This document shows positions 54,640 to 63,882 of a DNA stretch of 64,000 bases, piece after piece. The notes under the pieces are model-generated. The model did not search any database. It was not told where the DNA came from and worked only from the letters and a program-made list of their open reading frames with translations. This DNA comes from an uncultured Clostridia bacterium. Lineage in GTDB: Bacteria > Bacillota > Clostridia > Oscillospirales > UBA644. The position numbers were made by a program, and so were the translations under genes. The DNA lies in assembly GCA_944382895.1 (NCBI GenBank), contig CALWNV010000001.1:849-64848 (forward strand), given 5' to 3'. The stretch's first letter is position 1, and every line of letters begins with the position of its first letter.

Positions 54640-57204
54640 CTAAAATATTCCCCAATACCTCCGCTCTTCTGAAAGAGCCCTTTGTTTATTCCCTTCCGCA
54701 TTGACCAGAAACAGTGCAACAGCTGCAGCGATCCACATTGCCTGAAGATCCACAATCCCTTCGCCTATACCGTTAAACAATGCAAAAGACAGCATCGCCG
54801 CAAAAACAGGCATATACCTATTGCAAAATCTTTCTTTTATAATTGTCACCATCATCCGAACATACGGAACAAAAAAGACAATAGACCCTACAACACCCAA
54901 CTGGGCAAGGATTCCTAAAACAAAATTATGCGAATAATTGGGTCGTATCGTCGAATACCTCGCCACAGCCTCCATTACGTTTTCCTCTCCGAAACCTACT
55001 CCGAAAAAGAAGTTATCGGGAACAATCTTTGTAAGGATAACTTTCCATATATCCATTCTGCCGGTACCTCCGGAAGCAAGGACATTCTGAAGAGTAAACC
55101 GTCGCATAATATCAAAATCACAAAACCATAACAAAATATACATAAGCGCCCCGACGGAAATCAAAGACAAAATTATTTTCCACTCAGTCTTGTACTCTCT
55201 TGCTTTTGTAAAAAATGAATATACGAGCAAAACAGCAGCGGCTCCCAAAGTAACAGCGAGAAACGCAGAACGTGAACCTGATAAAAATACAAGAAAAACA
55301 GCTAAAACAATCATAAACGCACAGGCAAGCTTATGCAACATTTTCCGAAAAACGATCAAACCACCAAAAAATATCGCGGCAAGCTGAACGACGCCTTTAG
55401 CAAAACTGTTGGGGTTTGTTTGAGTATTCAATGTAAAATGGCCTTCCCGGAAAAAACCTCCGCCAAAAATATATACTATAAAAACGGTTATAAGGATGAC
55501 TGAACATGAAAAAAACAACGTTTTAATAGCCCATTCAATATTTTTTTTGTCCGATGAATAAAAGGACATCATTAAAATAAAAAGGATATTCGCGCCCATA
55601 ACACACGCATAGTCTATCCTATGAGTATATCCGAAGGCTGCCGAAAGAAAAAACCAAATTATAAGAAAAGCAGAAAACGCTATATATTTCAAAGGAATTT
55701 TTTTTGCGGTACGTTTGTAGTGAATAAGAAGGCCAAGAATAAAAACAAATGAAAGAATAACCGCATAAGGAATTCCTTGAAAAAAAAACGCTTGGTTAAA
55801 AAAATTCACTATAAGCAAAGGCGGAATCGTATACAACGGATTAAAAACCAAAAGAGCCATACATATTAGGGAAATTATATCTATAACAACAGATTTCGGC
55901 GCATACAGTTTCAATATGAACATTGCTGTAAGAACACTGCATAAACAAAAATAAATTTTATCATGATATATAGTTTTACTTACCTTAACCTTTGATAAAA
56001 CCGCGGGAACAGGAAACTCCGGAGCTTTGTCATAATACGGAAACAAAAGAAAAAAAATCAAGACTACATCTGAAAAACCCGGGAAGGCAGCTCCGTCAAA
56101 AAACATCCTGACCCCTGTCGCGCCAAGAAGGAGAAAATACAAATAATTTCTTGTTTTAAAATATCGATAAAAAGCCAAGCCTGTATATGCCATAACTGAA
56201 ACAAACATTCCGAGTCCGTAATTAGAATGCAGATAGAAGAAAGAACTGGTGATAAATTCTGATTTATTCAATATAAAAGAAATTTGTGATTCTTTCGTGC
56301 CTAAAAAAAGATTACCAGATGAAACAAATACATCAGAAATGGCCGACTCTATTATTTTACCGCCTAAAACCCCGTTTTTGGGAACAATTATAAACCCTGT
56401 CGTGGTTATTTTTATAAAATAAAGAATCGATAAAATAAAAACAGCCGAGAAAAAAAACAGCAATGCCGCAGCACGTTCGGGATGGCGGAGCCTTTCCGTA
56501 AAAACTTTTTTTGCCCTGCTAAAAAACACAGGATGATTCCGGACGAACGTCCTGCCGTCTCGGAAATCAAATAAAACAAAAGCGGCTGTCAAAACACCGA
56601 AAACCGCAATCCCTTCCCGGCAAAGCAAAAGAAGCGAAAAAATAAAACAAACAGCCGGAAGATACGGAGAAACAGGCTCTTTGTAGCGATAAGCGCAAAC
56701 CGCATATATACAAAAAAATAAAAAAACATAACCAAACCCTAAATTAAGAGTCGTCTCATAAAGCCCTCCGGATGAAGAAAAAATTTTATAAAATGAAAAT
56801 ACAAACCATACAAAACAGGAAAGTGCGCACAACATTTTAAGTATATTTGTTTTAAGTTTTACATTCAAAAGAAAAACCGAAAAACAGATAAAAACTGCTG
56901 GCATTATAACTCCGGAAACGCCTGCGTTCCCATTATACAAAAAGGACAAAAAGCCAAATCCTGTATATATACATAGAAAAATTGCTGCGGGAAGCTGCAC
57001 GCGAAAACCGGATGTCCTTAATGAAACAAACAGGCAATAAACCGAAATCACAGCTAAAACAATCTCCGTATACGGAGATATCATAAAACCAAAAAAAGAA
57101 AGCCATACTACGGCCCAATAAAAAACCATGGGAACTGTCGCTTTGACCACGGACGCTTCCCCAAAAAATTTTCTTACTTTTTCCAGCTTTCCGATCTTTT
57201 CCAT
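54640..57204 (-). CDS. Very large (854 aa) polytopic membrane protein with an O-antigen ligase/polymerase (Wzy_C) domain; possibly two tandem Wzy-like modules
   Basis: The C-terminal half has SGSRSAFLAV...GTGRMDIW...YSHNFVLGILAQLGVVG, which is Wzy_C-like. The N-terminal half has CREGIAVFGV...YLHSNYGLGMFVSV in the same order. Confidence 0.7.
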   Translation of the reverse strand: MEKIGKLEKVRKFFGEASVVKATVPMVFYWAVVWLSFFGFMISPYTEIVLAVISVYCLFVSLRTSGFRVQLPAAIFLCIYTGFGFLSFLYNGNAGVSGVIMPAVFICFSVFLLNVKLKTNILKMLCALSCFVWFVFSFYKIFSSSGGLYETTLNLGFGYVFLFFCIYAVCAYRYKEPVSPYLPAVCFIFSLLLLCREGIAVFGVLTAAFVLFDFRDGRTFVRNHPVFFSRAKKVFTERLRHPERAAALLFFFSAVFILSILYFIKITTTGFIIVPKNGVLGGKIIESAISDVFVSSGNLFLGTKESQISFILNKSEFITSSFFYLHSNYGLGMFVSVMAYTGLAFYRYFKTRNYLYFLLLGATGVRMFFDGAAFPGFSDVVLIFFLLFPYYDKAPEFPVPAVLSKVKVSKTIYHDKIYFCLCSVLTAMFILKLYAPKSVVIDIISLICMALLVFNPLYTIPPLLIVNFFNQAFFFQGIPYAVILSFVFILGLLIHYKRTAKKIPLKYIAFSAFLIIWFFLSAAFGYTHRIDYACVMGANILFILMMSFYSSDKKNIEWAIKTLFFSCSVILITVFIVYIFGGGFFREGHFTLNTQTNPNSFAKGVVQLAAIFFGGLIVFRKMLHKLACAFMIVLAVFLVFLSGSRSAFLAVTLGAAAVLLVYSFFTKAREYKTEWKIILSLISVGALMYILLWFCDFDIMRRFTLQNVLASGGTGRMDIWKVILTKIVPDNFFFGVGFGEENVMEAVARYSTIRPNYSHNFVLGILAQLGVVGSIVFFVPYVRMMVTIIKERFCNRYMPVFAAMLSFALFNGIGEGIVDLQAMWIAAAVALFLVNAEGNKQRALSEERRYWGIF

Positions 57205-57214
57205 TTATTCTCCG

Positions 57215-57907
57215 TTAACGATCGCCGAAAACCGCCGCAACCGTGGCAAACATTATTTTTATATCTTCCCAAAACCCGAAATCCATCAACGCCTCGTAAT
57301 TATATTTCATTTTTTCCGGAAGAACTATGTTCATATATGTCTCATCCGTGTTTTCCGTCTGAGTAATATATTTTTCTTCATCTTTATATAAAATACTCGC
57401 CTTTGAAGTAATTCCTGAAGGAAGGAGCAGAGTAGCCCACATTTCGGAAGTATAACGGTTCACATACTTGGGAACCTCCGGCCTAGATCCAACAAAAGTC
57501 ATCTGACCGAGAAAAACATTTATTACCTGTGGAAATTCGTCAAGTCTGTATTTTCGCAAAGCTCTGCCCACAGATGTCACCCTGGAATCCCCGTTTGCGG
57601 TTATCAACGCACCAAGTTTTTCGGCGTCTTTGACCATTGTCCTGAATTTGAATATCCTGAACATACGCCCGTATTGAGTAACTCTTTCCTGTCTGAAAAA
57701 TACGGGGCCGGGAGAATCGATTTTTATAATAATCGCAAGAACGACAAATACCGGAGAAAATAAAACAATAAAAAACAAAGAAAGAACAATATCAAAAAAT
57801 CTCTTAAAAAACAACTGAATGTTTTTTCTGCAGAGGACATCATAATATTTCCTGACTTCATCCGTTTTCATAATTTCCGGAAGCTGTTCCCATTTCTTTA
57901 TAAGCAT
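57215..57907 (-). CDS. Undecaprenyl-phosphate sugar phosphotransferase (small monotopic PGT, PglC/WbaP-C-terminal type)
   Basis: One N-terminal hydrophobic helix, then GPVFFRQERVTQYGRMFRIFKFRTM...DEFPQ...G.M..VG.RP. Confidence 0.85.
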   Translation of the reverse strand: MLIKKWEQLPEIMKTDEVRKYYDVLCRKNIQLFFKRFFDIVLSLFFIVLFSPVFVVLAIIIKIDSPGPVFFRQERVTQYGRMFRIFKFRTMVKDAEKLGALITANGDSRVTSVGRALRKYRLDEFPQVINVFLGQMTFVGSRPEVPKYVNRYTSEMWATLLLPSGITSKASILYKDEEKYITQTENTDETYMNIVLPEKMKYNYEALMDFGFWEDIKIMFATVAAVFGDR

Positions 57908-59088
57908 TCTTCAAACTCCCTGCAAACATATAGAACCTCTTCATCACTAAGCAAATTATGAAGCGGCAAAGAAATTTCTGTCTCGTAAATCTCATACGCG
58001 TTTGGGAAATCATTTATATCATAACCCATATCAGCATAGGCAGTCAAAAGAGGAAGGGGCTTATAATGTACATTCGTTCCCACGCCCTTTGCGGCAAGTT
58101 TTGTTATAAAGCTGTTTCGATAATCAATGTCTTTTCCGGGGAAACGCACAAAAAACAAATGGCCGCTAGATCTGAAATCTTTGCCTTCATGAGAAAGTCT
58201 CCATAATCCGTGCTTGTCACAAAGGTCATTATACATTTTTATTATCTCATGTCTGCGATTCAAAGTTTGCTCATATCTGCGAAGCTGCGCAAGACCTATG
58301 GAAGCGAGGATATCTGTCATATTACATTTATAATACGGAGCAACAATATCGTATTCCCAGGCGCCTAAAGATGTTTTTGCAAGAGCATCCTTTGACTGTC
58401 CGTGGAGAGAAAGGAGCTGATATAATCTGTAAATCGCATCATCGTCATCAACAGCATTCTCTTTCCATGTAACAGCGCCACCCTCACCTGTCGTAAGATT
58501 TTTTACGGCATGAAACGAAAACGTAGTGAAATCCGCTGCCTGTCCGGATTTTCTTCCTTTGCAGAAAGCGCCCAAAGAATGCGCACCATCAGCAATAATA
58601 AAAGGTCGTCCGTAAGTTCTCTGTATTTCGTTTTTCGGAATAAACAGATCCTTCCTGCTGTTTATAGCGGCATATATCGAATCATAATCACACATAATTC
58701 CCGCAAGATCAACCGTAATCACCGCTTTTGTAGCCGGAGTCACAGCATCCGCAAGGCTTTGGGGATCATAAAAAGGAAAGTCCTTTGCGGTATCCACGAT
58801 GACTGTCCTGGCACCCACGTGAGTTATCACTGACGCAGAAGCTGTATACGTATATGCAGGAACGATGACTTCATCGCCTTCTCCTATACCTAAAACCCTA
58901 AGGGTCAGCTCAAGCGCCGCCGTCGCAGAATTAAGACAAACAGAAGTTCCCGTCCCGCAAAAAGCCGCTATTTCTTTTTCAAACTGCTTAGTTTTAGGGC
59001 CCGTCGTTATCCATCCCGACCTGAGCGTATCCACCACTTCACTGATTTCACTTTCGGTAATATCCGGAGGAGAAAATTTTATCTGCAA
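57898..59088 (-). CDS. DegT/DnrJ/EryC1/StrS-family sugar aminotransferase (PglE/EpsN-like)
   Basis: TTG start after RBS AAAGGAG. Motifs: GWITTGPK, DGAHSLG, FSFHAVKNLTTGEGG (PLP-Lys). Confidence 0.85.
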   Translation of the reverse strand: MQIKFSPPDITESEISEVVDTLRSGWITTGPKTKQFEKEIAAFCGTGTSVCLNSATAALELTLRVLGIGEGDEVIVPAYTYTASASVITHVGARTVIVDTAKDFPFYDPQSLADAVTPATKAVITVDLAGIMCDYDSIYAAINSRKDLFIPKNEIQRTYGRPFIIADGAHSLGAFCKGRKSGQAADFTTFSFHAVKNLTTGEGGAVTWKENAVDDDDAIYRLYQLLSLHGQSKDALAKTSLGAWEYDIVAPYYKCNMTDILASIGLAQLRRYEQTLNRRHEIIKMYNDLCDKHGLWRLSHEGKDFRSSGHLFFVRFPGKDIDYRNSFITKLAAKGVGTNVHYKPLPLLTAYADMGYDINDFPNAYEIYETEISLPLHNLLSDEEVLYVCREFEECL

Positions 59089-59170
59089 TCTTGACCGCTC
59101 CTTTAGAAAAACTCCTGAAAATCTCCAGAAAACATTTTATATTAATTTATATATAATTGTCTATTAAATT

Positions 59171-59199
59171 ATTATACCATAAATGCCAAATACTGTCAA
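59171..59199 (-). promoter_or_regulatory. Perfect-consensus sigma-A promoter for the DegT/sugar-transferase/Wzy_C operon
   Basis: The minus strand reads TTGACA (59199-59194), 17-nt spacer, TATAAT (59176-59171), with TG at the extended -10 position. Confidence 0.6.
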
Positions 59200-60659
59200 T
59201 ACCCGCAAATTTCTTTCCCGATTCGTAAATGTTCCGCGGTAAGTTCAGGCATATAATATTCGCTTTCAGGGTTCGAATACTCCATAAACCCCTTCCCCCA
59301 ATCACCTAAACGCGTTCCGATATCCGCATTCGCATAGGTAAAGGGAAGCAACCCGACAATTTTATTATATTTTTTAGCAAGATCGTAACAAGCGTGTAAA
59401 TCTTCCAGCAAAAGATCTTCCGTAGCACCGTTTATTTCGCACGCCCAGGGAACAAGCCAAAGATCCTGCCCGTAGGCGGCTGTCTCGGAAAAAAGAAGAA
59501 GATATTCCATTCTTTTTGCTTCCGATTGCATTCCGTAATAATCATAACCGAGATCAGTACAAAACTCAAAATAAGAAGCGTTTTCTTTTCCTAAAGACGG
59601 AACAGCCAGAACAGCTAACATTCGTTTTTCCGGATAATCTTCTCTGAGAGTTTTTGTCGCTGTTCGAAAAGATTCTTCATTTATACTGTTCCACTTGGGC
59701 TCGTCAACATAAAAAGCGAAAATATCATCGCCGTATTTGTCAAAAAGGACCTTATAAGAGGCATATACCTCTTCCCAATTATCATTGAGAACCTGTTCTC
59801 TATTTTTCCAGACAAAAAAGAAATTTATATAGAAAAAAGCCTTAAAGCCATTTTCCGAACATTCAATAAGAGCCTTTTCCAATTCACTTACGGTACTGCC
59901 TTCAAGAAACGCAAGGTTACTGTTGCCCATTGCGGCAACCTCCGCATAAAGAGGTTCGCTTCCCGCAAATCCCCCTGAATGATAATAACCGAAATATTTT
60001 ACATTGGGAGCAAAAACCGAATCTTTATCAATAACGTTTTTCTGTATAATCTTATCCGCGAAAATCCCTCCGCTTTCCCCCTCCAGAAAAATTCCGGATA
60101 TACGACTGTCGGAACAGGACAATTCATATGCGGAAGAAAGGTTTTCTTTGTCAGTTTTAAGAAAAATCACATCGCGCTGAGGCAGCGTGTCTCCCTGCTC
60201 AACAATATAACCGTCAAACCCTTCCCCAGAATCTGAAGAGACAAATATTTTTATACCGGGAAGACTTTCCGAAAATTTCTCATAGAATAATTTTTTCGCT
60301 TCATCAGAAATCCCCGAACCTATATAAAACGCAAAAACTCTGTTTTCCCAAAGATTCATGTAAGAAAAATAATTATTATATAATACATTAAATCTCGCAG
60401 AAAGCTCCCCATCATCAAAAAATACCGTTGAAACATCAAAAACAGGAAGAATCCTTTGAGTTGCAAACTCCTGCATAAGATTGTCAAAAATTCTGGCGTT
60501 TGACGGAAATTCATAAAAAACAAGGTTCGCATCTTCTTTTATATCATTGACATAACCGAAATATTCCGCGTGCGTCTCTCCGACAGACAATACGGAACAC
60601 CCGGGAGAAGCAGAGATCGTCAATATTAAACAAATAATAATCGCAAGAGACTTTTTCAT
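59196..60659 (-). CDS. Hypothetical lipoprotein (487 aa); function unknown, possibly carbohydrate-active
   Basis: Lipobox MKKSLAIIICLILTISASPGC. I recognise no motif. It is adjacent to the GH20 gene. Confidence 0.6.
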   Translation of the reverse strand: MKKSLAIIICLILTISASPGCSVLSVGETHAEYFGYVNDIKEDANLVFYEFPSNARIFDNLMQEFATQRILPVFDVSTVFFDDGELSARFNVLYNNYFSYMNLWENRVFAFYIGSGISDEAKKLFYEKFSESLPGIKIFVSSDSGEGFDGYIVEQGDTLPQRDVIFLKTDKENLSSAYELSCSDSRISGIFLEGESGGIFADKIIQKNVIDKDSVFAPNVKYFGYYHSGGFAGSEPLYAEVAAMGNSNLAFLEGSTVSELEKALIECSENGFKAFFYINFFFVWKNREQVLNDNWEEVYASYKVLFDKYGDDIFAFYVDEPKWNSINEESFRTATKTLREDYPEKRMLAVLAVPSLGKENASYFEFCTDLGYDYYGMQSEAKRMEYLLLFSETAAYGQDLWLVPWACEINGATEDLLLEDLHACYDLAKKYNKIVGLLPFTYANADIGTRLGDWGKGFMEYSNPESEYYMPELTAEHLRIGKEICGY

Positions 60660-60730
60660 AATAAACTTTCCTTTTCTTTTTTCACATATATCGTATATTC
60701 GGAAGAAGTATATCCCTAAAACTTTCGATA

Positions 60731-62566
60731 TTAAAAGGCTTTATTCTTTTCCGCATAAAAATCCCTTATTTTTTTTATATAGTTTTCTACAACATCCCAA
60801 AAAACATTTACTCCGGAAGCATGGTTTATCTCAACCCAGATACGCGTATAAAAAACCTTTATCTCTTTTGCTCTTCTTTCTATCTCATTTATACGTACAT
60901 TAAAATTCCTAATTTTCCCTTTTTCCATGTTTTCATACTTTAACGCCCATAAATCAATCAATAAAATAAATACATCCACCGCACAGCAAAACTCGTCTAT
61001 ATAACGAGAGGCTTCTTTGCAGCCCATAATCAAAGATCTTGATTCTTCTTTCAAAAAACAAAAATCTTTCTTCGCTTCAGCAAGACTTGAATGTTCTGTT
61101 TTTCTACAGGTAGAATAATCATCAAAATTCTGTAAAAGACTTAAAAAAGCATCAGTACAGTTTCCGTTTTTTGGAAGAACGCAGCTCGCACGGAACAAAA
61201 TATCACAAAAACTGCCCTTTCTCATTTCAAACACAAAGGTATCAACAAAATTTTCAGCAATCGTAAAATCTTCATTGCCTCTGAGATTCCAGCAAACACC
61301 CGCGCAAAAAGCAACCGCCATATACGATACAATAAACGGCTGACAGTGCCCGGCGTCGCCCCAATCAGTCAAAAGAACCCCTGTCCCTCCATGTTTTTTA
61401 CAAAACTTTGCCGCATTATATATATTTTGTCTCGCTTTTTCATTATCTCCGAGAACAGCCGCCCATGAAGCAGTACCGGGACAAAAATAAAAGTCAAGTC
61501 CGGTTTTTTTGAGAGTTTTCCCTGGGCTGTCAAAATCGGTTTCCGCCTCATACCCCCAAACAAGAGGGATCATATCTTTCGGCAATTCCGAGATCTTGTC
61601 CGGATGATTAAAAATTATATCAGCCCAGAAAAGCATTCTTTTCCCACGTTGACAAAGCATTTCATGTAATTTCAGTAAATGATTGACGTAAACGGCCGCT
61701 ACTCCGTATTTTTCCCTGGCTTCTTTTACTTTTTCACTGTTTTCCAGCTCCCCGACCTCGTCACAACCAACATTAAAAAAATCCGAAGTAAAACAGGGAA
61801 GAAGCGAATCATATATATTATTCAAAAGATCAATTGATCTCGGATCAAGAGGGTTAACGGAAAAATCTCCCGGTGAAAGCTCAAGCTCCCGAAGTTCAGG
61901 CTTTTGGACCCAGCTGTACATATGCCCGAAACTGTTTTGATTAGGCACGACGTCTATGTATCTTTCGTTGCAATATTCAACAATCTTCATAACCTCAAAA
62001 GGCGTCAGCCCTTCTATATCTTTTGAATATTCAGGATACGCAGAATACTCAAAAGCATGATTTTCCAAATAAAGCTGTAACTCATTATATTTCAGTTCTG
62101 CAAGAACATCGATTATTCGCAGGATCTCTTTCAACTTAGGTACTCGTGCGCGGCTTATGTCCAACATAAATCCTCGGCGTTTTATATCGGGAAAATCATG
62201 AATATCAATAAAAGGCAACTTTTTCCCGTTTTCGCGTATAAGTTGCATAAAGGTTGTTACTGCACGAAAAGCGCCAACTGGCTCGCCGTAAGTAATAAAA
62301 ACACCTTTTTTATTTATTTTGATTTTATATTCTTCTCCCGTAAGAGCTTTATCAAAAGTCATGCTGACCGAAGGTGTACGCTTCCCGTAATAGTCCGCAA
62401 CAGGATAACATTTTTCGTTAATCTCTTTTTCATATCTGGCGGAAAAATCCGAAACTATACGGAAAATCTCAGGATTTTTCTTATATTCGAAAAAAAGACA
62501 AAAATCCTTTTCAAGCAAGAACGAGCCTTCCGTATGTTTCATTTTACGTGGGGCAGGAAAAAGCAT
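60731..62566 (-). CDS. Glycoside hydrolase family 20 beta-N-acetylhexosaminidase (cytoplasmic, no signal peptide)
   Basis: DFPDIKRRGFMLDISR and FNVGCDEV (the catalytic Asp-Glu pair) are typical of GH20 TIM barrels. Confidence 0.75.
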   Translation of the reverse strand: MLFPAPRKMKHTEGSFLLEKDFCLFFEYKKNPEIFRIVSDFSARYEKEINEKCYPVADYYGKRTPSVSMTFDKALTGEEYKIKINKKGVFITYGEPVGAFRAVTTFMQLIRENGKKLPFIDIHDFPDIKRRGFMLDISRARVPKLKEILRIIDVLAELKYNELQLYLENHAFEYSAYPEYSKDIEGLTPFEVMKIVEYCNERYIDVVPNQNSFGHMYSWVQKPELRELELSPGDFSVNPLDPRSIDLLNNIYDSLLPCFTSDFFNVGCDEVGELENSEKVKEAREKYGVAAVYVNHLLKLHEMLCQRGKRMLFWADIIFNHPDKISELPKDMIPLVWGYEAETDFDSPGKTLKKTGLDFYFCPGTASWAAVLGDNEKARQNIYNAAKFCKKHGGTGVLLTDWGDAGHCQPFIVSYMAVAFCAGVCWNLRGNEDFTIAENFVDTFVFEMRKGSFCDILFRASCVLPKNGNCTDAFLSLLQNFDDYSTCRKTEHSSLAEAKKDFCFLKEESRSLIMGCKEASRYIDEFCCAVDVFILLIDLWALKYENMEKGKIRNFNVRINEIERRAKEIKVFYTRIWVEINHASGVNVFWDVVENYIKKIRDFYAEKNKAF

Positions 62567-62611
62567 AATTCACACATCCTCGTCGACATTTTTATTCCTT
62601 AAAACAAGTGC

Positions 62612-62640
62612 ATTATATCATAAAAACCCTATAAAATCAA
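62612..62640 (-). promoter_or_regulatory. Sigma-A promoter for the GH20 gene
   Basis: The minus strand reads TTGATT, 17-nt spacer, TATAAT, with an extended -10 TG (TGATATAAT). Confidence 0.5.
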
Positions 62641-62662
62641 GGAGTTTTCTTTTTTTTAGAAT

Positions 62663-62974
62663 TTATTCCATTTTTACACGTAAAAAATCTTTCCCGAGTT
62701 TTTTACAGACTTCCTTTGTCTCCTCGTCAAGACCTTCCGATTCTATTATAATATCCGCATTTTTCAAAACACCGCTATCCGTTTCCGAAAGAACGGAACG
62801 TATAGCAACTTCCGCATTTTCATAGGTGTTTTTTTTCAAAAACATTCTTATTTCAGCTTTATAAATTATGTGCTTTGTTTGCCTGAAAAAAAACTTGTAC
62901 AGCTGTATCAATATTTCATAAATCCCGATTACCGCAAAAACAGCTATTATTATTTGTCCTATAGAATTAAGCAT
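62663..62974 (-). CDS. Hypothetical small membrane-anchored protein (103 aa)
   Basis: N-terminal TM helix IGQIIIAVFAVIGIYEILI. RBS GGGTGA lies before the ATG. Confidence 0.5.
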   Translation of the reverse strand: MLNSIGQIIIAVFAVIGIYEILIQLYKFFFRQTKHIIYKAEIRMFLKKNTYENAEVAIRSVLSETDSGVLKNADIIIESEGLDEETKEVCKKLGKDFLRVKME

Positions 62975-63006
62975 AATAAATCACCCGTAACAGTATATGC
63001 CGAAAA

Positions 63007-63022
63007 TGTTTCACGTGAAACA
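63007..63022. promoter_or_regulatory. parS: parS centromere-like site (ParB/Spo0J binding)
   Basis: TGTTTCACGTGAAACA is a perfect 16-bp palindrome matching the Firmicutes parS consensus tGTTNCACGTGAAACa. It lies 72 nt upstream of parA. Confidence 0.85.
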
Positions 63023-63033
63023 TCCGCAAACTA

Positions 63034-63062
63034 TTGCTTTTTTCCTGAAAATATGATATAAT
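63034..63062 (+). promoter_or_regulatory. Sigma-A promoter of parAB
   Basis: TTGCTT (63034-63039), 17-nt spacer, TATAAT (63057-63062), with an extended -10 TG. Confidence 0.5.
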
Positions 63063-63093
63063 AGCCAAAAAGAAACAAATATATCCGGAGGTA

Positions 63094-63882
63094 ATGGGGT
63101 TGGCAAAAATTATTGCCGTTGCAAATCAGAAGGGAGGCGTCGGAAAGACTACGACAGTAGTGAACCTTTGTTCGTGTCTTGCCGAAAAGGGAAAAAAGAT
63201 ACTGCTCCTGGACGCGGACCCTCAGGGAAACGCAACAAGCGGATGCGGAATATCAAAAAAAACTCTTGAAAAATCATCTTACGACCTGATAATCGGACAA
63301 GAGCCGCTTGAAAAAACCATAATAAAAACAAGATTCAAAAACTTAAGCATTGTTCCGTCAACAATGGATCTGGCAGGAGCGGAACTTGAATTAGCGGAAA
63401 TGCCACATCGAGCCAGAAGTCTTGAAAAAGCTCTAAATTGCGAAGAAAAAGATAGATATGATATCATTATGATTGACTGCCCTCCGTCTCTCGGGCTTAT
63501 AACGATAAACGCGCTAACGGCCTGTAATACCGTACTTATCCCCATACAGTGCGAATTTTATGCACTTGAAGGGCTTTCGCAACTGATGAATTCCATGAGA
63601 CAAGTCAAAAAACTTTACAACCCCGGACTTGAAATCGAAGGCGTTCTTGTCACAATGTTTGACGGAAGATTGAATCTCACAACACAGGTTCTTGCCGAGG
63701 TGAAAAAATATTTTCCGGACAAGACATTCAAAACCGTGATCCCCAGAAATGTCCGTATTTCGGAAGCTCCGAGCCATGGTATGCCTATAAATTATTATGA
63801 CAAAGGGGCGAGAGGAAGCACGGCATACGGAGAACTCGCGGAAGAAATCATAAGGAACAACAGGAGGGTTTTACGTGGCTAA
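63094..63882 (+). CDS. parA: Chromosome partitioning ATPase ParA (Soj)
   Basis: Deviant Walker A NQKGGVGKTTT; DCPPSLG; 262 aa. Confidence 0.93.
   Translation: MGLAKIIAVANQKGGVGKTTTVVNLCSCLAEKGKKILLLDADPQGNATSGCGISKKTLEKSSYDLIIGQEPLEKTIIKTRFKNLSIVPSTMDLAGAELELAEMPHRARSLEKALNCEEKDRYDIIMIDCPPSLGLITINALTACNTVLIPIQCEFYALEGLSQLMNSMRQVKKLYNPGLEIEGVLVTMFDGRLNLTTQVLAEVKKYFPDKTFKTVIPRNVRISEAPSHGMPINYYDKGARGSTAYGELAEEIIRNNRRVLRG

Noticed and set aside
59267-59283. tRNA T-arm-like string CAGGGTTCGAATACTCC.
   Set aside because: It lies inside the lipoprotein CDS. The flanks cannot form acceptor, D or anticodon stems. It is a chance GGTTCGAAT match.
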